From Dendrobates tinctorius (Eukaryota), in the NCBI RefSeq assembly GCF_039654945.1, contig NW_027361812.1, positions 13,454,001 to 13,518,000 of the forward strand: a DNA stretch of 64,000 nucleotides, written 5' to 3'. Position numbers and translations under genes: made by a program. The notes under the pieces are model-generated. The model saw only the letters and a program-made list of their open reading frames with translations. It did no database searches and was not told the DNA's origin. How positions within the stretch are numbered: position 1 is the first letter of the stretch; each line of letters starts with the position of its first letter. This document shows, piece after piece, positions 60,416-64,000 of the stretch.

Positions 60416-61605
60416 GGACGTGCACTACACGGCTCCGTGCTCACAGGCTGCCATAGTCCTCATCAGTGCAGATTCTGCTGACACAGATGATGCTCCGCTG
60501 AGAACTATGATTTTTGTTTTGCTCTTCGCAAAAGCTTATTCTATTGGATGAAGTGTTCTGCCTGTTGGTCAGGTCATCAGCAGCCGGTTTACAGGTTTAC
60601 ACGGTCGGATAATAGTGACACAAGCGGTTTTCACACTTGTTCCCCATGATTTAGTGTAAATGCTGCTGAAGGTCCACATACACCTGCAGATAATCCGTGA
60701 TGACCAATGGGATCGTATCTTTTACAGCGAGCAATATTAAGTACTGCCATAATCTAATCTCTCTTCTAATATATTTTAATTAAAAACTCCCTACCGCTCC
60801 CCCTCTGCGCTCTGCTTTTATTACTGCTTCCTCTTTGGTGCATCGGTTGAGAACCCCCCGTGCATGCTGCGATAATCAAACAAGATGTCATCAGTGGGCA
60901 GCCTCTGCCTTCTCCCTGAAACAGAGCATCATAACATCAGTTTCAAGGACAGGACTAGTCCCTGGTCTGAGCTTGGATCAATTCTGATGTCTGCTGAGTA
61001 GATTCTTGTCACTGAGCAATATGCCGTGACAGGGTGCTCCCTCGCCGGCCCTGATCAGATGTGATGGGTCGGCACTGTTAGCGCGTGTTGTAAGGAGACT
61101 ACCCAGCATGCAGGAAAAGCAGAGACCAGCGCTGCCCCCGCAAGTGACTTCACTTACAGGGACGGTGCTGGTCTCTGCTGTTCCTGCAATCTGGGTATTC
61201 TTACAACACTCACTGACAGTGCTCTTTCTTGCCAGCTTGACTCTTCCCATTGAGGGAGCGCACTGTCAGGGCATGTTGCACAGTGACAAGAATCTACTGA
61301 GTATATGTCATAAATGACAACCGACATGTCCACAAAGTATAAAAACACCATGAGGCCGATTCATCAAAGCTTTTACTTTAGAAAGCTGAGTTGCTCCAGT
61401 TTGAAGCAGCTCTGCCGAAATGGTTGGAGCTGGGGAGGGGACAGGACGTGGCTGCGCCCACCTTCAGAGTCATTAAAAAAATGTTTGGGTTTCTCTCCAG
61501 AAATTTTCCTTTGTCCTCTGACTGGAGTAGTGTTTCTGGCAAGGTGCTTGGAGTCACGCCACAGAGTAGATGCACCAAATTTGTTAGGTAGTATATGTCT
61601 CTTAA

Positions 61606-62079
61606 TGGATATCTTTCACCGCATATGACCTATTTAAACTATTAATATGGGCATTCAGATCATAGACTGCTGAAAAATGTCCTCCCTGTGTGTCTCATAT
61701 CAAATGTCTTGTCTTGATAAATAATCTTTTATGACTTTATATAAATGACCTCTTCCAGGCTCGGGTGAGGGTGTTGCCTGGAAGATACCTTGCAGGCTCT
61801 GGAGGCAGAGTTGTGTCAGATATCAGGAGAGCACAGAGCGGCCATTACACATCACATTGGTAACTTCCCCTTCATGTATAATAAGCTCTGGAGGCAGAGT
61901 CCTCTCCAGGCACCATCTGCCCTATAGCCTGGAAGAGGTCACTCATATATAAAGTGAAATAAGATGATTTCTCTGTTACAACACATCTGATATGATTTGA
62001 GACACACAGGGAGGATATTTTTCAGCATTCTATAACCTATTAATAGTTTAGATAGGTCGCATATGGAGATAAATTCCTT
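61606..62079. mobile_element. TTAA-type MITE in TARBP2 intron 1
   Basis: TTAA flanks and complementary arms (catatgacctatttaaactatt / aatagtttagataggtcgcatatg). Confidence 0.6.
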
Positions 62080-62816
62080 TTAATGAATTTGATGCTTTGT
62101 TTTCCATTTAGCCCTTCATTAGGACTGGTGTGCACATTGGTAGTAAATCAGCCCCAATGAATTAGTGTTTTTTTCACAAAGTACATTTTAAATAATAGAT
62201 GTTGCAATAAAATTTGGTGAATTTTACAAACCCCCTTAAACATTCTTTTTCCTGGACATTTTCTAAAACCTGATATGGCATGTGCACCAGAAAACTTTTA
62301 AGTGCCTGTTTAACCAGGGACAAGGCCTCAGTAAAGAATGCGATCTGTAGTAGATTGTTCGGTGCACGTACGGTGGCAGCACCAGTCCTGTTTTCACAGA
62401 TGATGCGCCGCAGAGAACAATGGAATTTTTTTTACCCTGCGTGAAAAGCATATTTGACCCAATGAACAAGCATCTTACTCATTCATTGGGTTATCGGCAT
62501 GTTTAGACTGCAGGATTATCATGAAATGAGCATTCTTAACACTGGTTCATGAGTATCTTGCAGTGTAAATGCAGCTTAATTAACACTGATATTAATTGTT
62601 CGAATGACGAAAAATAATGCCATATATAGATATAAATGTCCCCGTGGATCAGCATCACACAATCTAGTGACCACCAGCCTCATTTTGTCCGGATTCCCCA
62701 TGCGCAGTGGTCACTTCAATGAATTCTCCGCCTTTTTCGTGAACGTATTCTCATAAGCTTTGTTTAATGATCGTTAATAACGCAGATTAATATTAATACT
62801 TACATCTTTTTTGCAG

Positions 62817-62986
62817 TATAGAGCAGATGCTGACGTTGTGTCCTGGGAAGACCCCCATCAGCTTACTGCAGGAGTATGGGACTCGGGTAGGAAAGACCCC
62901 CGTTTATGACCTACTCAAAGCTGAAGGACAAGCCCATCAACCCAACTTTACGTTTCGTGTATCTGTTGGAGACCTCAATTGCACCG
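62817..62986 (+). CDS. TARBP2: TARBP2 coding exon 2 (first dsRBD, N-part)
   Basis: tttttgcag| then (S)IEQMLTLCPGKTPISLLQEYGTRVGKTPVYDLLKAEGQAHQPNFTFRVSVGDLNCT, then |gtcagt. Nearly identical to TRBP dsRBD1. 170 nt. Internal ATG at 62827 corresponds to the short (TRBP1-type) start. Confidence 0.97.
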
Positions 62987-63768
62987 GTCAGTGCCTTTAT
63001 TGAAGCGAAGCTTGAAATGAAGTTCTATGATGATGCACTAAGGACTATCTTGCCTTGGGGATAAATCATTGTATTTAAAGTCCTCGGTGTGAATGATCAC
63101 ATATTCACAAGAGAGAATTAATGTATGATCATTGAGACACCCACGAATAACAAGAATGGGGGTTCCATTTTCCCCTGCATGAGTGAACTGTGTGACTGCT
63201 CTTACAGATGGGGATTAGTGCAGTGGTCCTCCAGGTGTACTCGAGCCTGATCTCCTGTTTCACCAAGATCCCAGCTGTAGTATTCCTGGTAATCATACAT
63301 GTATCCCCTCAATAAATGATATTTATGGGACAAACACATTAATGGAGCAGGTTACTTTTAATATGTTTATATAAAAAAATTTAACTGGGCTTTGTGCAGC
63401 GCTGACATTTATTAACGACTGGCGGTCTTGCAGCACTCGGGACCCCCAAGGTCCTGCAAGCACTGCAATTGGGGTGTAAAGTGATAGCTCGGACAGGTGA
63501 CATCATTGTCTGTGTGGACAGAAAAATAAAAAAGTTACGGCTCTTAGAAGGAAGAGAAAAGCGATGAACAAATTGAAACTGGCCATGTGGTAATGCGGCT
63601 AAAGAGTAAAGAATGATTTTGCTACGCGATATCCTATGATTGTTCATGATGTCTTCTCAGATGACGGTTCTGTCAAGGTTCTCTTGGGTCCTGGCATAGG
63701 GGAATCCATAATGCGAAATAATGGATATATTGGCTCTTAATTACTTTTTATGCTCCTTCTCTCCTCAG

Positions 63769-63871
63769 GTCAAGGACCTAGTAAGAAAGCGGCAAAGCAC
63801 AGGGCAGCAGAAGTGGCAATCGCCATTCTCAAGAGTGGGGCTATGTTTGCAGCAATTATTGAGGAGAACAG
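63769..63871 (+). CDS. TARBP2: TARBP2 coding exon 3 (dsRBD1 C-terminal helix)
   Basis: ctcctcag|GQGPSKKAAKHRAAEVAIAILKSGAMFAAIIEEN|gtgagg. Contains the KKxAK dsRBD motif. 103 nt, phase-consistent. The gene continues beyond the window. Confidence 0.96.
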
Positions 63872-64000
63872 GTGAGGATAGATGGGTTATTCAATACTGC
63901 TTAAAAAGGACCTGTCACAGGGTCACATTTGGACGGTATTTGATCTTATTTTATTCTCGCCACTTCACTGAGTACTTCCCCCCCCCCCCCCCCCCTGGTT

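Noticed and set aside
62817-63871. Calling the dsRBD gene PRKRA/PACT because it neighbours a PLEKHA3-like gene
   Set aside because: GKTPISLLQEYGTR.GKTPVYDLLKAEGQAHQPNFTFRV is the TRBP-type sequence; PACT differs (GKTPIQVLHEYG).

Overview
Vertebrate genomic DNA, most likely a neobatrachian frog (inferred from the repeat families and protein sequences). Two genes sit head-to-head around a ~460-bp CpG-rich promoter. TARBP2 runs on + (coding exons 1-3; the gene continues off the right end). A 7-exon FAPP-family PH-domain gene runs on - (~257 aa, PLEKHA3/PLEKHA8-like, no GLTP domain seen) and looks like a third FAPP paralogue. A near-consensus REST/RE1 site lies at the left end. The rest is dense, nested mobile DNA: a 5.6-kb internally deleted class I ERV with a tandem Lys1,2/Lys3 primer-binding site and a RanBP2-type zinc finger in gag; an intact DD36E (Incomer-type) Tc1; two defective DD34E Tc1s; a young CR1; three L2 fragments; a Helitron end; a solo LTR; many Harbinger, hAT and TTAA-type MITEs; and minisatellites. 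The most striking non-coding element is a 2.6-kb Penelope-like insertion in intron 4 of the FAPP gene. It has a 14-bp TSD and ~1.1-kb inverted arms, each carrying an identical minimal U3-A8 variant hammerhead ribozyme motif. Two smaller fold-back relics of similar design lie elsewhere in the window. All calls are from manual reading; no searches were run, and comparisons with human proteins are from recall.
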